A DNA stretch of 33,786 bases, taken from contig JZWU02000015.1 of the NCBI GenBank assembly GCA_000960865.2, positions 1 through 33,786 on the forward strand. Direction: 5' to 3'. This DNA is from Vulcanisaeta sp. AZ3. Its GTDB lineage: Archaea; Thermoproteota; Thermoprotei; Thermoproteales; Thermocladiaceae. The notes under the pieces were generated by a model. The model had not been told where the DNA came from. It ran no database searches and worked only from the letters and a program-made list of their open reading frames with translations. Positions 8,376 through 17,879 of this stretch are shown here, one piece after another (position 1 is the first letter of the stretch; every line of letters begins with the position of its first letter). The translations under genes were made by a program, and so were the position numbers.

Positions 8376-11374
8376 GTTGTGCGTTCTATCCCTATTTGAG
8401 CCTTCATATCCTCAATATCCCAATCCATGACAAGGACGCCCTGCGGTTTTGCGTTGGTTATTATTTCTGTGGCCCTAACCTCATTAGTTATGTAATCCCT
8501 GAACTCATTCACGGCATTGAGTAAATCATTACTCCCTGTACTTATGTAAATCCTAATCTTCTCATCAACCTTAAGATTTGCCTTGGCCCTCATCGTCTGG
8601 ATACGTCTAACAATTTCTCTGGCTAGAGCCTCATGGTATAATTTCTTATCCATAACTTTACTGAGGCATATCTCATAACCCTTGCCCTGAGCCCTAACAT
8701 ATTCCTCCTCATTACAAGCCCCAAGTTCACTCACGAATTGCACCTCCTTAATATTAGCCAAGTATTCCAATAACGGCCTTACCTCATTAAGTGACTCCAA
8801 ATTGCCACCCTCAATCTTAACCATGGCCTTTGCCAAGGGCCACCTAAGCTTCACCTTAATCCTATTCCTCAACTCAGCGATGTCTGAGAATAATGTAAAT
8901 AATAGGTCGAAGGACCTCTCTAACTCCTCATCAATATACTTCTCATTGACTGAGGGTAATAATGATAAATGAACACTCCTAGCTTCATCACTCTCAAGCT
9001 TTCTTACGAAGGCTTGCCATAAATACTCAGTGGCATGAGGTACCAGGGCTGAGCCCATTATTAATGCTCCTTTAATCACGTGGTAGAGTACGGCATAGGC
9101 TGCGTACTTATCCTCCCTATTCTCCTCAGACCAAACTCTACGTCTAATTAACCTAATATAGCCGTGGCTTAGGTCATCAACGACGAGCTTAGTCCATTCC
9201 CTGGCGGCCATGTGGAGTTCCATGTTGTCCATGTAATTAATGAAACTACGCAACCTACTATAGAACCTACTTAATATCCACCTATCCTCAGGCAAACCCT
9301 TACTAATGAGCTCCTCTAACCTGTGTACCCTTGGGTTGAAATTATCCAATTCCATGTATGTCTTTGCGAACTTAACCACATTCCAAAGTATTGAGAGTAC
9401 ACTTCTAGTGTCTGAGATTTCGTCTGGATCCACGGACATTGTGTCCCAGGGGGCTGACTTCGTGAGTAGGTATAGCCTTGTTGGATCTGCACCCCACTTA
9501 TTGAGTAAGTCCTCAGCCCAAATTACATTGCCCTTAGACTTACTCATCTTCTGACCATACTTATCAACAACATGCCCGCTGATCAATAATGATTTGTACG
9601 GCGCCTTACCCATCCAGAGAACTGAGGTAACTAGTAGGGAGTAGAACCAACCCCTCGTTTGGTCTATGGCCTCGGTAATCCAGTCGTATGGGTATACCTC
9701 ATTGAATAATTCCTTATTCCTAAGGCCATCAACACTGGCTATCCAAGCAACACCACTATCCATCCAAACATCAACAACAAAAGGCTCCCTAACCCACTCA
9801 CTACAATCATTAGTCTCTATCCTAACCATGTCTATCCAAGGCCTATGGACGAGCAACTCATCGGGTACATTCGGCACGTACTTAGCAACACTCCTTAACT
9901 CCTCAATCGTCCCAATAACCATAATCTTGCTCGGGTCATCCCTACAACGCCAAATGGGTAGTGGTGTACCCCAAACCCTGCTCCTCGATATTGTCCAATC
10001 CCTGGCATTGGCAACCCAATTATCAAACCTATCCCTAAGGAACTCGGGGTATACCTTAACCCTCTTCAACTCCTCAACCATTCTATCCCTAAATGCCGAG
10101 ACCCTAATGAACCACTGCTTATCAGCCCTATAAATCAAGGGCGTACCACACCTCCAACAATGGGGATACGCATGAACCAGAGTACCTGCATAGAGGAGTA
10201 ACCCCCTACTCCTTAGGTCATTAATGACCTCGCGAGAAACATCAAGCCAATACTTCCCATGAAACTCACCACCCAATTCATTGAATACTCCATTTATTTC
10301 TACAGAATTCGTGACGGGTAAATCATACTTCTTGGCAACCTCGAAGTCCTCAGGACCGTGGGCTGGGGCGATGTGGACTAACCCAGTACCGTCTGTCAGG
10401 GTTACGAAGTCTGCAAGTACGACGTAATGCGCCTTGTCGAGGTGTTGCTTATGTATTGGTACCTTATCCATGTAAATGTGCCTATACCTAATACCAGCTA
10501 GCTCTGAACCTTTAACCACCTTAACAACCTCATAATTCTTAATACCAAACCTCTCCATTAACTGAGGCACAAGCTCCTCAGCAAGCCACAGGTACTCAGT
10601 CTCCCCATTAATTACTACCCTGACTAAGGCGTAGGTGAAGTTTGGGTTCACTGCAACGGCCTCATTATCTATTAATGTCCACGGGGTTGTTGTCCAAATA
10701 ACTAAGTAAGTATTCACATCACCCTCCACAGGGAATTTCACGAATATTGATGGATCCTCCCTATCCTCATAGCCCTGATCAACCTCAGCATCACTAAGGG
10801 CCGTCTCACACCTGGGGCAGAAAGGTAAGACTCTATAATCCTCGAAAAGAAGCCCCCTCTGCCAAGCCTCCTTTAAGAACGACCAAACATGCTCTATGTA
10901 GTGGGGTTTCCTAGTCTCATAGGCATGCTCCAGGTCAAGCCAAAGACCAAGTCTCCAAGTCCCAATCTCCCTCCACTTCTCTAGGTAGTAATCAACTAGA
11001 GAGTTGCATTCAAGGCTGAACTTATCATAACCAACCCTCTCAATATCCTTCTTAGACTTAAGATTAAGCTTCCTCTCAATCTCAATCTCCACTGGAAGCC
11101 CCTGCTCATCCCAACCACCCTGAGCCCAAACCCTATAACCCAAGAGCCTGTGGTACCTAAGCACAACGTCCTTGTACGTCCTACCCCTAATGTGACCGAC
11201 GTGTGGAAAGCCATTGGTTGTTGGCGGTCCCTCGAGGAAGGTATATAGGCCTCTTGAGCCGCCGCCACTATGCCACTCATTCACTATTGAATTCTCAACC
11301 CAGAATTGCCTGACTGACTCTTCAATCCTTTTCACATCGAATTGTGTATCCAGCGTGAAATCAATAATGGACAC
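8372..11374 (-). CDS. ileS: Isoleucine--tRNA ligase
   Basis: EGPPTTNGFPHVGH (HIGH), WTTTPWTL editing domain, GTGLVHIAP, DWTISRSRVWGTP, DQTRGWFY, KMSKS. Confidence 0.97.
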   Translation of the reverse strand: MSIIDFTLDTQFDVKRIEESVRQFWVENSIVNEWHSGGGSRGLYTFLEGPPTTNGFPHVGHIRGRTYKDVVLRYHRLLGYRVWAQGGWDEQGLPVEIEIERKLNLKSKKDIERVGYDKFSLECNSLVDYYLEKWREIGTWRLGLWLDLEHAYETRKPHYIEHVWSFLKEAWQRGLLFEDYRVLPFCPRCETALSDAEVDQGYEDREDPSIFVKFPVEGDVNTYLVIWTTTPWTLIDNEAVAVNPNFTYALVRVVINGETEYLWLAEELVPQLMERFGIKNYEVVKVVKGSELAGIRYRHIYMDKVPIHKQHLDKAHYVVLADFVTLTDGTGLVHIAPAHGPEDFEVAKKYDLPVTNSVEINGVFNELGGEFHGKYWLDVSREVINDLRSRGLLLYAGTLVHAYPHCWRCGTPLIYRADKQWFIRVSAFRDRMVEELKRVKVYPEFLRDRFDNWVANARDWTISRSRVWGTPLPIWRCRDDPSKIMVIGTIEELRSVAKYVPNVPDELLVHRPWIDMVRIETNDCSEWVREPFVVDVWMDSGVAWIASVDGLRNKELFNEVYPYDWITEAIDQTRGWFYSLLVTSVLWMGKAPYKSLLISGHVVDKYGQKMSKSKGNVIWAEDLLNKWGADPTRLYLLTKSAPWDTMSVDPDEISDTRSVLSILWNVVKFAKTYMELDNFNPRVHRLEELISKGLPEDRWILSRFYSRLRSFINYMDNMELHMAAREWTKLVVDDLSHGYIRLIRRRVWSEENREDKYAAYAVLYHVIKGALIMGSALVPHATEYLWQAFVRKLESDEARSVHLSLLPSVNEKYIDEELERSFDLLFTLFSDIAELRNRIKVKLRWPLAKAMVKIEGGNLESLNEVRPLLEYLANIKEVQFVSELGACNEEEYVRAQGKGYEICLSKVMDKKLYHEALAREIVRRIQTMRAKANLKVDEKIRIYISTGSNDLLNAVNEFRDYITNEVRATEIITNAKPQGVLVMDWDIEDMKAQIGIERTT

Positions 11375-11407
11375 CCGACAATTACCTATGGAAACTATTT
11401 AAGAGTT

Positions 11408-12235
11408 TTACGCATTCATGAGTGGTGTGGACTTCAACGCATCATTTAATCTAAGGACTAGCTCATTAATTGCCTCGAGGTCGGCGTTGGGTTTTGGGCC
11501 TAGGATGTTCATGTTAAGGGTTAGGGGTGTTAAGGCTATATTACCCTCCCTATGAACAACGTACGTATCAGTATCAACCTCAGGCTCAATCAGAGAACCA
11601 AACAACCAATAATACTTACCTCCCCTAGGATCAACTCTAGTATCTATTTGCTCCGAGAACTTAAGCTTAGAAGCCCTAACAAGCCTAACCTCAATACCCC
11701 TCCTCACACTCCTTGGGAAGTTAAAGCTAAGCACATCAACACCCCTAGGCATACCCCTCTCGATGACGAATTTGGCCGACTCCCTAACCACAACCCTCAA
11801 GACAACATCCAAATCCTCATTACCCACAAGCTCATCCTCACTATTAACATCCACAGAGTAGGCTATGGCTGGAACACCAAGGAGCGCCGCCTGAAAGGCA
11901 GCACCTAGAGTACCTGATGAGAGAATTACCTGAAGCGATGAATTATCACCAACATTTATACCAGAAAGCACAAGGTCAACCCTATCCATTATTTCCAGGG
12001 CAGCCAAGTAAATAGTGTCTGAGGGGGTTCCCGAGGTTGCGTATACCTTAAAGCCGCATAGATCCATTGTGGAGATCCTAAGAGGCTTATGCAGTGTTAT
12101 ACCAAGTCCAGACGCAGACTTAGGTGTTTCTGGAGCCACTACATAGACCTCGCCTAGGTCCTTAACGTAGTCATAAAGCATCCTAAGCCCTGAACTGTAG
12201 ACACCATCATCATTAGTCACTAATATCTTGGCCAC
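11408..12235 (-). CDS. surE: 5'/3'-nucleotidase SurE
   Basis: ILVTNDDG, GTPSD, SGINVGDN, SGTLGAA. Confidence 0.95.
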   Translation of the reverse strand: MAKILVTNDDGVYSSGLRMLYDYVKDLGEVYVVAPETPKSASGLGITLHKPLRISTMDLCGFKVYATSGTPSDTIYLAALEIMDRVDLVLSGINVGDNSSLQVILSSGTLGAAFQAALLGVPAIAYSVDVNSEDELVGNEDLDVVLRVVVRESAKFVIERGMPRGVDVLSFNFPRSVRRGIEVRLVRASKLKFSEQIDTRVDPRGGKYYWLFGSLIEPEVDTDTYVVHREGNIALTPLTLNMNILGPKPNADLEAINELVLRLNDALKSTPLMNA

Positions 12236-12292
12236 ATGGCATCATGAAATACTGAATTTATAAAGGGTTATTTTCATTATAATTATAATGTA

Positions 12293-12493
12293 TTACTCAT
12301 TAATCTGTTGATCAGTCATCCCCTGCTCAGGTTCTATTACTGCAGCTGTCCCATAGGCTATTATCTCAACAGAATCGTTCAATTCATTAGAGTCTAACTT
12401 AAAACCTATCACAGCATTGCCAATGACTATTTCCAAGACCTTAACCGCCTCATACCCCGGCACATACGGTGAGGCTGTGATGACGACCTCCAC
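12293..12493 (-). pseudogene. YbjQ/UPF0145-family gene with an in-frame internal deletion
   Basis: N-terminal 'VITASPYVPGYEAVKVLEIVIG' joined directly to C-terminal 'NAVIGFKLDS…EIIAYGTA'; the usual central helical part is missing (66 aa versus about 105). Confidence 0.7.
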
Positions 12494-12655
12494 TACAACC
12501 TAGCCACTTAATCACACTTTATGAGGCTGGGCATTTCCGTGGGTCTTATTGTTGGTAATTCTAATAATCGTGGGCAGGTTTTCTTATTACGTTGTCATGC
12601 TTAAGTAATTGTTATTTTGAGTGCTTCCTTAATTAATTAATGTACTTCATAGTTC

Positions 12656-15600
12656 TTGAGAATGTATAGTAAGTTTGGTTTTGTTGATAGGCCGCTTAAT
12701 CCGTCTGGAGTTCCTCCTATTGAGCGTAGGTACTCACCAGTTGGTTTTGAGGGTGAGCTTAGTAGGGTTAAGGCTGCCATTGACTCATTCCTGAGGGGTA
12801 ATGATAATATTGCTGTTGTGGTTGTTGGTCAGTATGGTTGGGGTAAGAGCGAGCTTTTAGATGCTGTTGAGGTTGAGGCTATTAGGCGTGGGCTTAAGGT
12901 CCTTAGGTTGCCTCTTACCTTTGGTCTTGATGTTAATACTGTGATTAATACCCTGCTTAAGTTTCGTGGGGATTCCTCAGAGCCTGTCTTGGTGTTGATT
13001 GATGAGGCTGATGAGGTTAGTAGGGTTTTTGAGCTTGGTAATGCGCTTGATCCTAATGATGCTGGTAGGGTTAGGGATTTGGTTGTTAGGCTTGGTTCTC
13101 TTATTAGGGCTTTGATTGAGCCTAGGAATTATAGGGATGTGCTTGGTGTTGATCCGAGGAGGCTTGGTAGGGTTATGCTCATACTTGCCTTTACTCCTCA
13201 GCTTTATTATAATATTCTTAGGAATATGGTTCCTGACGTCTTCGACATAACCAGGGGTCGTGTTTATGCAGAGATTGCCCTTGATGAGAGAATGCCCCTC
13301 TGGCTTTATGAGGCCATGTTGATTCAGAGGTTTAATGCCTACTCCACTGAGGATAGGCTTGGTTTGGTTAGGAGGGGTTTAGTTAATCCTCTTTATCCGC
13401 TTAGGCGTGAGTATTTAGTTACGCTTTATGAGTTGGTTTCTAATACTGAGGGTGGTAAGCCATCGCCTAGGGCTCTTGTTAAGTTTACCTCGAAGTTACT
13501 AGACATGGTTGTTGAGAGAGGTGAGCTTAATTATGGAGTTTTTGAGGAGTTCCTGAAGAGTGAGGCATCTACTGGTGAGTTGAGGGTTTTTCTTGATGCC
13601 ATTAATGAGGGGCCTACTGATGAGGCTGGTTCGCGAGTCTTCAAGGCGTTACTCCTCTCTGGTGTTCCTAGGACTGTGGGTGATTTGAGTTCTGAGTTGG
13701 GTTTTGATGTTTCGCCGGTGATTAGTGCTTTGGTTAGGGCTGGTTTTGTTGAGGAGGTTCAGGTTGTTAGGGTTGGGCTTAATGGTGATGGTTTGGCTAG
13801 GGTGAATAATGAGTTGGTTAGGCTTAGTCTTGCGCCTATTGAGGGTGATTTGAGGGATATATCAGTGAATTATGGCACTTACTACACAGTGTATGAGGAT
13901 GGCCCTATGTTGTATGTCGTCTTGCCGAGTGATGCTAAGATTAACTTAGTTGGTGCTTTTAGGGCTTTTCAAGTCTCGCCGAGGCTTCATAGGTTGCTTG
14001 TCTTTGGTAGGGAGGTTGAGGAGTTGGTTAGGGCTAGGGAGGAGGTTGGTAAGGCGATTGCCATTGTTAATCAGTTTCGTGATGAGTTGGCTAGTGAGGT
14101 TGTTAGGGCTGCCCTGGCCTCCCCAGTAACTCTTTATCCAGTGGTTTCTAATGTGTGGGTTGGTGTTTTTGAGGGTCCTCTTGATGTTAGGCTTGGGGTT
14201 ATTGTTGGTCTTGATGTTGATGTTGAGGGTTTTGTTAGGTTTTTGAGTAAGGTGGTTAGTGAGGGTGTTATTTCAATTAATGGGCAGGAGAGGGTTTTGG
14301 ATTCCCTACTTGTTATTGTTGCCTCTAGATCTCAATTAACTAATGACTTGGTTAAGAGTGTGGTTAATGCTGTTGTTAGTTTGCCTTGGAAGGTTGTCCT
14401 GGGCCCACTAAATGATTTTGCCTACTTCTCTGTCTTTGGTTCTGATGCTATTGATTCGCTTAGGTCGATAGTGATTGGTTCTAGGTTGGAGAGGCTTGAT
14501 AGGGTTCCTAGGGAGTACTCAATCTTCATTGAGAGGTTGAGTAATTATAGGAATGAGGTATCTGCATTTCGTGATAGAGTTCGCCAGAGGGTACTCCAGT
14601 ACACAATGGCGATTAGGAGAGGTGCTAAGGAGTCTAGGGAGGCGGTGATTAGGCGTATTGTTAAGGCCTGGGTTGAGAATGGGGAGTTGAATGATCAACC
14701 TGAGATCTTTAGGGATGAGAATGGTAAGGCTAGGATTAGCATTGTTGAGGAGAGCTTCATTAATTACCTAAGGAGTCTCGGTAAGAGGAGTTTCACAACT
14801 AAGGAGCTTGAATACCTAATTAGGAGGCTATACCCAACACACCTATGGCGTGAATTTAGAGAGTCCGATCTAATTAGGTTATTGAGCCTCAGGGGCTTAT
14901 TACTACCAATTAATGAGGACTTCACAGAGTACGCACCGTACTCACTAGACACTGCGCCAAAGACCCTGGAGATCCTTAGTAATTACCTCAAGAACCTTAG
15001 GGAGGGCTTGACAAAGCCCCTCATTATTAAGGTTGAGCCCCTCGACATGAAGATTGAGGTTGAACCTGGCATTGAGGTTCAAGGTAATGATTGTGAGAGG
15101 CAATTATCGCTTTTGAGGGCTGTTCCTGAGACATCTAGTGAGTTCTTGAGGAGGTTGTCCTCGTTCATGATTTGTCTTGATGGTATGAGGGATTTTATTG
15201 AGGGTTGGCTTGAGGGTTTAAATACTGATGTTTCCACTGTTGAGTCTCAATTGAATAATGTAATTAAGGATGTTATTACTAAACTCAATGATGCCAGGGT
15301 CGGCTTAAGCGGTGAATTATCAAAATTGAATGGAGAGGTTGAGGCCAGGGTAAATGCACTCCTCGATAGGATTAGGTCATACCTGGGTAGGCTTGGTGGG
15401 CTTAGGTTTGATGATGTTAAGGAGAGCTTACCATCAATCCTCGAGGTTATTGATAGTGAGACGAGGAGAACTCTTGATTTAATCAATATCCTGAGGAGCA
15501 TTAGCGATAGTGTTAGGGAGTACATGGACCTAACCAGTGTTTTAGGCAATGCATACATTATACTTAATAGGAAGTATGTATCGATGAGTATTGATGACTT

Positions 15601-16084
15601 CATCAACGACATAACCCTACTACTCAAGCTAAACTCCGCAGATACACTAAACAATTACTTAACCACACTCAATAGGGCTCTCGAGGCCAAACGTAAAGAG
15701 GTTAGTGAAGCATTAAGTGCTGCTAATGCCCTCGTTAATAATTATATTAAGGCTGCCGCCTGGCTGAGGAAGAGGAGTGATGGTAAGATTTTGAAGGGAT
15801 TAATGAGCGATGTTGTTCTTGACGTTCCGACTCCATCGCCTAATTATGAGAATGCTAGGAAAATAATTGACGCAATTAGAAGCATTGATAGGGTTATTAG
15901 TGGCGTGGCTAAGGAACTTGGTATACCCAGTGATGTGGTTATGGCAATAGCCTCCCTAGGGCCTAATGTGGGCATAGACGAGAGTGACTTGGCAGGTAGG
16001 TTAGGGCTTGATGCTGATACTATTAATAAGTACTTGGAGGCTTTGTGGAGGCATGGCTTGATTGAGAGGAGGTATGTCACGTGA
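12656..16084 (+). CDS. Large P-loop AAA+-type ATPase with wHTH-like segments and coiled-coil (likely start ATG 12662)
   Basis: VVVGQYGWGKSE Walker A, LVLIDEAD Walker B, 'GGKPSPRALV' helical-lid motif; wHTH-like 'TVGDLSSELG…ALVRAGFVEE' and C-terminal 'ESDLAGRLGLD…LEALWRHGLIE'; long heptad region. Confidence 0.8.
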   Translation: MRMYSKFGFVDRPLNPSGVPPIERRYSPVGFEGELSRVKAAIDSFLRGNDNIAVVVVGQYGWGKSELLDAVEVEAIRRGLKVLRLPLTFGLDVNTVINTLLKFRGDSSEPVLVLIDEADEVSRVFELGNALDPNDAGRVRDLVVRLGSLIRALIEPRNYRDVLGVDPRRLGRVMLILAFTPQLYYNILRNMVPDVFDITRGRVYAEIALDERMPLWLYEAMLIQRFNAYSTEDRLGLVRRGLVNPLYPLRREYLVTLYELVSNTEGGKPSPRALVKFTSKLLDMVVERGELNYGVFEEFLKSEASTGELRVFLDAINEGPTDEAGSRVFKALLLSGVPRTVGDLSSELGFDVSPVISALVRAGFVEEVQVVRVGLNGDGLARVNNELVRLSLAPIEGDLRDISVNYGTYYTVYEDGPMLYVVLPSDAKINLVGAFRAFQVSPRLHRLLVFGREVEELVRAREEVGKAIAIVNQFRDELASEVVRAALASPVTLYPVVSNVWVGVFEGPLDVRLGVIVGLDVDVEGFVRFLSKVVSEGVISINGQERVLDSLLVIVASRSQLTNDLVKSVVNAVVSLPWKVVLGPLNDFAYFSVFGSDAIDSLRSIVIGSRLERLDRVPREYSIFIERLSNYRNEVSAFRDRVRQRVLQYTMAIRRGAKESREAVIRRIVKAWVENGELNDQPEIFRDENGKARISIVEESFINYLRSLGKRSFTTKELEYLIRRLYPTHLWREFRESDLIRLLSLRGLLLPINEDFTEYAPYSLDTAPKTLEILSNYLKNLREGLTKPLIIKVEPLDMKIEVEPGIEVQGNDCERQLSLLRAVPETSSEFLRRLSSFMICLDGMRDFIEGWLEGLNTDVSTVESQLNNVIKDVITKLNDARVGLSGELSKLNGEVEARVNALLDRIRSYLGRLGGLRFDDVKESLPSILEVIDSETRRTLDLINILRSISDSVREYMDLTSVLGNAYIILNRKYVSMSIDDFINDITLLLKLNSADTLNNYLTTLNRALEAKRKEVSEALSAANALVNNYIKAAAWLRKRSDGKILKGLMSDVVLDVPTPSPNYENARKIIDAIRSIDRVISGVAKELGIPSDVVMAIASLGPNVGIDESDLAGRLGLDADTINKYLEALWRHGLIERRYVT

Positions 16085-16748
16085 GGTGGTGCGTATGGTA
16101 ATCTCCATACTCGGCCTAGATAAGGAATGCATAAACAATGAGATTATCAAATGCGGCGAGGTTGGTAATGCCGAGGCCATAATAGATTTGAATGGTTCAT
16201 TGAAAAACCTTGATGTTAAGGCAAGACTCATTATCTCAGAGGATCCGAGGAGCCTCGTTAATGTTAGGAGGAGCGTTATTAATGAGATTGTGGTTAGTGG
16301 GGTTAGGCTTAGGTCTTTAGTAGGTCTTGGGGAGCTTGAGGGTGAGCCTGTGGTTAGGGGTGTTGGTGATGAGGTTTTTGGTGTTTCCATTGGTGATAAG
16401 GTTGTTGTCTTCGCCAAACCCCTAATGCTAAGCCTAATTCACGACCAGGAGAACTTAATCAATGAAATTAAACTACTCCTGAACACCACACAGTCTAATG
16501 TAAGTATTGATTATGCCGTTAAGGAGCTCGTAAACCTAATAATCTCGGAGAGGCGTAGTAAGAGGGTTTCCAAGACCCTAGCCTACCTGGAGGAGTTGTT
16601 ACAGGATGGTGATGTTTCGAGGGTGCCGCCGTACATACTTGATATACTTACGGCAGTTGGTGTTGTTACTAATGATACTGTCAATAGGGCTTTGCTTGAG
16701 AGGGTTGTGGGTGAGGTGAGGTCTAGGGTGTATCCGAGGAGGAGTTGA
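16062..16748 (+). CDS. Hypothetical protein, middle gene of the ATPase-NurA operon (likely start ATG 16074)
   Basis: Overlaps the ATPase stop; GGAGG directly before ATG 16074; ends 1 nt before the NurA start. Confidence 0.75.
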   Translation: MRGGMSREVVRMVISILGLDKECINNEIIKCGEVGNAEAIIDLNGSLKNLDVKARLIISEDPRSLVNVRRSVINEIVVSGVRLRSLVGLGELEGEPVVRGVGDEVFGVSIGDKVVVFAKPLMLSLIHDQENLINEIKLLLNTTQSNVSIDYAVKELVNLIISERRSKRVSKTLAYLEELLQDGDVSRVPPYILDILTAVGVVTNDTVNRALLERVVGEVRSRVYPRRS

Positions 16749-16749
16749 A

Positions 16750-17676
16750 ATGTTTAATGACGTAGTAATAAACATGCTGAGGCTCATCGAGACTAGGATA
16801 ACCCAAATGAGGGACAGGGCTAGTGAGGTTATTAAGGAGGCAGGGAATCACGTAAATCAAATACTCGAGGTTAAGCCAGGTAGCAAGCCCATTAGGTTTG
16901 TTGCGGTGGACTCGGGTTTTGCTGATATTAATTATCTTGGCTTTAGGATCTCCGTCATTAATGTGGCGACTCTCATAAATTCTGATGGTGTTGGCAAATT
17001 ATTCACAATGTTTGAGCCAATCATTGGGGTGCCTAGTGAGGAGTTGGAGAGGCTTGCTCTTAATTTGGAGGTTAGGTATGCATTGGATGCCATTAGGAGG
17101 TTTCCCGTTGATTTATTATTACTTGATGGGCCTATACTCAATAGGGATGGCGCTGATAGGGTTGGCATACAAACCCTGGCCCACGTTAAGGACGTGAGAA
17201 GCAATAGGTATACTCAATCAATAACGGAACAAAACTTCAGGGATTACATGGAGAGAGCCCTGAGAGTTATGGAGGAACCCCTCGCGATCCATATACTCAT
17301 GGAGACCCGCAGGAGTTTAGGTGATGTTGATGGCGCCTTGATTACGAGGCCTTATGTTATTGGTAGGTTGAGTAATAGGGAGGTTTATGGCTTCTATGTG
17401 CAGTACGTACAATCAACACTACCCATTTATGTGGAGTACCTAGGCGATCCAAGCAACATTAATGATATCATATCAAGGCTCATGCCATTATCAAAAACAC
17501 CTAGGCTTGGATACCCAGCTCCACTCTACATTGTTGATAGGGTTGCCAGGGTTAATGCAGAGTTTAGGAGTATGGTTAGGTTAATCATTGAGAAGTTGGG
17601 TGGTGATGTGCTTAATGAATTGAGGGGTGAGTATTTGAGGATTAGCCTTAATGAGTATGTGAAGGGAATTAATTAA
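16750..17676 (+). CDS. NurA-family (RNase H-fold) nuclease
   Basis: FVAVDSG, LLLLDGP, HVKD and C-terminal LGYPAPLYIVDRVARV motifs characteristic of NurA. Confidence 0.8.
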   Translation: MFNDVVINMLRLIETRITQMRDRASEVIKEAGNHVNQILEVKPGSKPIRFVAVDSGFADINYLGFRISVINVATLINSDGVGKLFTMFEPIIGVPSEELERLALNLEVRYALDAIRRFPVDLLLLDGPILNRDGADRVGIQTLAHVKDVRSNRYTQSITEQNFRDYMERALRVMEEPLAIHILMETRRSLGDVDGALITRPYVIGRLSNREVYGFYVQYVQSTLPIYVEYLGDPSNINDIISRLMPLSKTPRLGYPAPLYIVDRVARVNAEFRSMVRLIIEKLGGDVLNELRGEYLRISLNEYVKGIN

Positions 17677-17698
17677 TGCTAACCATTTACAACAAATT

Positions 17699-17731
17699 GA
17701 AAGCCTCGCCCCTTTAGAGCGAGGAGGAAGT
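17699..17731 (+). mobile_element. Probable solitary end of an IS200/IS605 (tnpB-type) element
   Basis: GAAAGCCTCGCCCCTTTAGAGCGAGGAGGAAGT resembles the archaeal 'GAAGCCCCGCCCTTTAGGGCGGGGAGGAAGT' subterminal hairpin; stem CCTCGC (17704-17709)/GCGAGG (17719-17724); no transposase nearby. Confidence 0.55.
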
Positions 17732-17737
17732 AGGGTG

Positions 17738-17793
17738 TTTCATCCCGGGTTCAATTCATCATTTTTCAGCAGCGTCCTCGACTTAATCATCCG
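17738..17793 (-). ncRNA. Box C/D methylation-guide sRNA
   Basis: Minus strand reads ATGATTA (box C variant, 17790-17784), 14-nt guide AGTCGAGGACGCTG, CTGA (D'), AAA, ATGATGA (C'), 12-nt guide ATTGAACCCGGG, ATGA (D variant). Has its own TATA box upstream. Confidence 0.75.
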
Positions 17794-17812
17794 TGGCTTA
17801 TACGCGTCCTGG

Positions 17813-17820
17813 TTAATAAA
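17813..17820 (-). promoter_or_regulatory. TATA box (TTTATTAA) for the C/D sRNA
   Basis: Ends about 22 nt upstream of box C, the same spacing seen for leaderless protein genes in this window. Confidence 0.55.
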
Positions 17821-17879
17821 GTTGTTTATCGATTGTTTTACTTATAAGTTATTAAAGGCTAGCTTGGGGTGAGTTTACT

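Noticed and set aside
12521-12604. Short ATG-initiated frame upstream of the large ATPase
   Set aside because: Only 27 codons with no recognisable motif; treated as intergenic.
17744-17755. CCCGGGTTCAAT on the plus strand looks like a tRNA T-arm or an att site
   Set aside because: No acceptor, D or anticodon arms and no 3' T-stem strand; better explained as the complement of a C/D sRNA guide on the minus strand.
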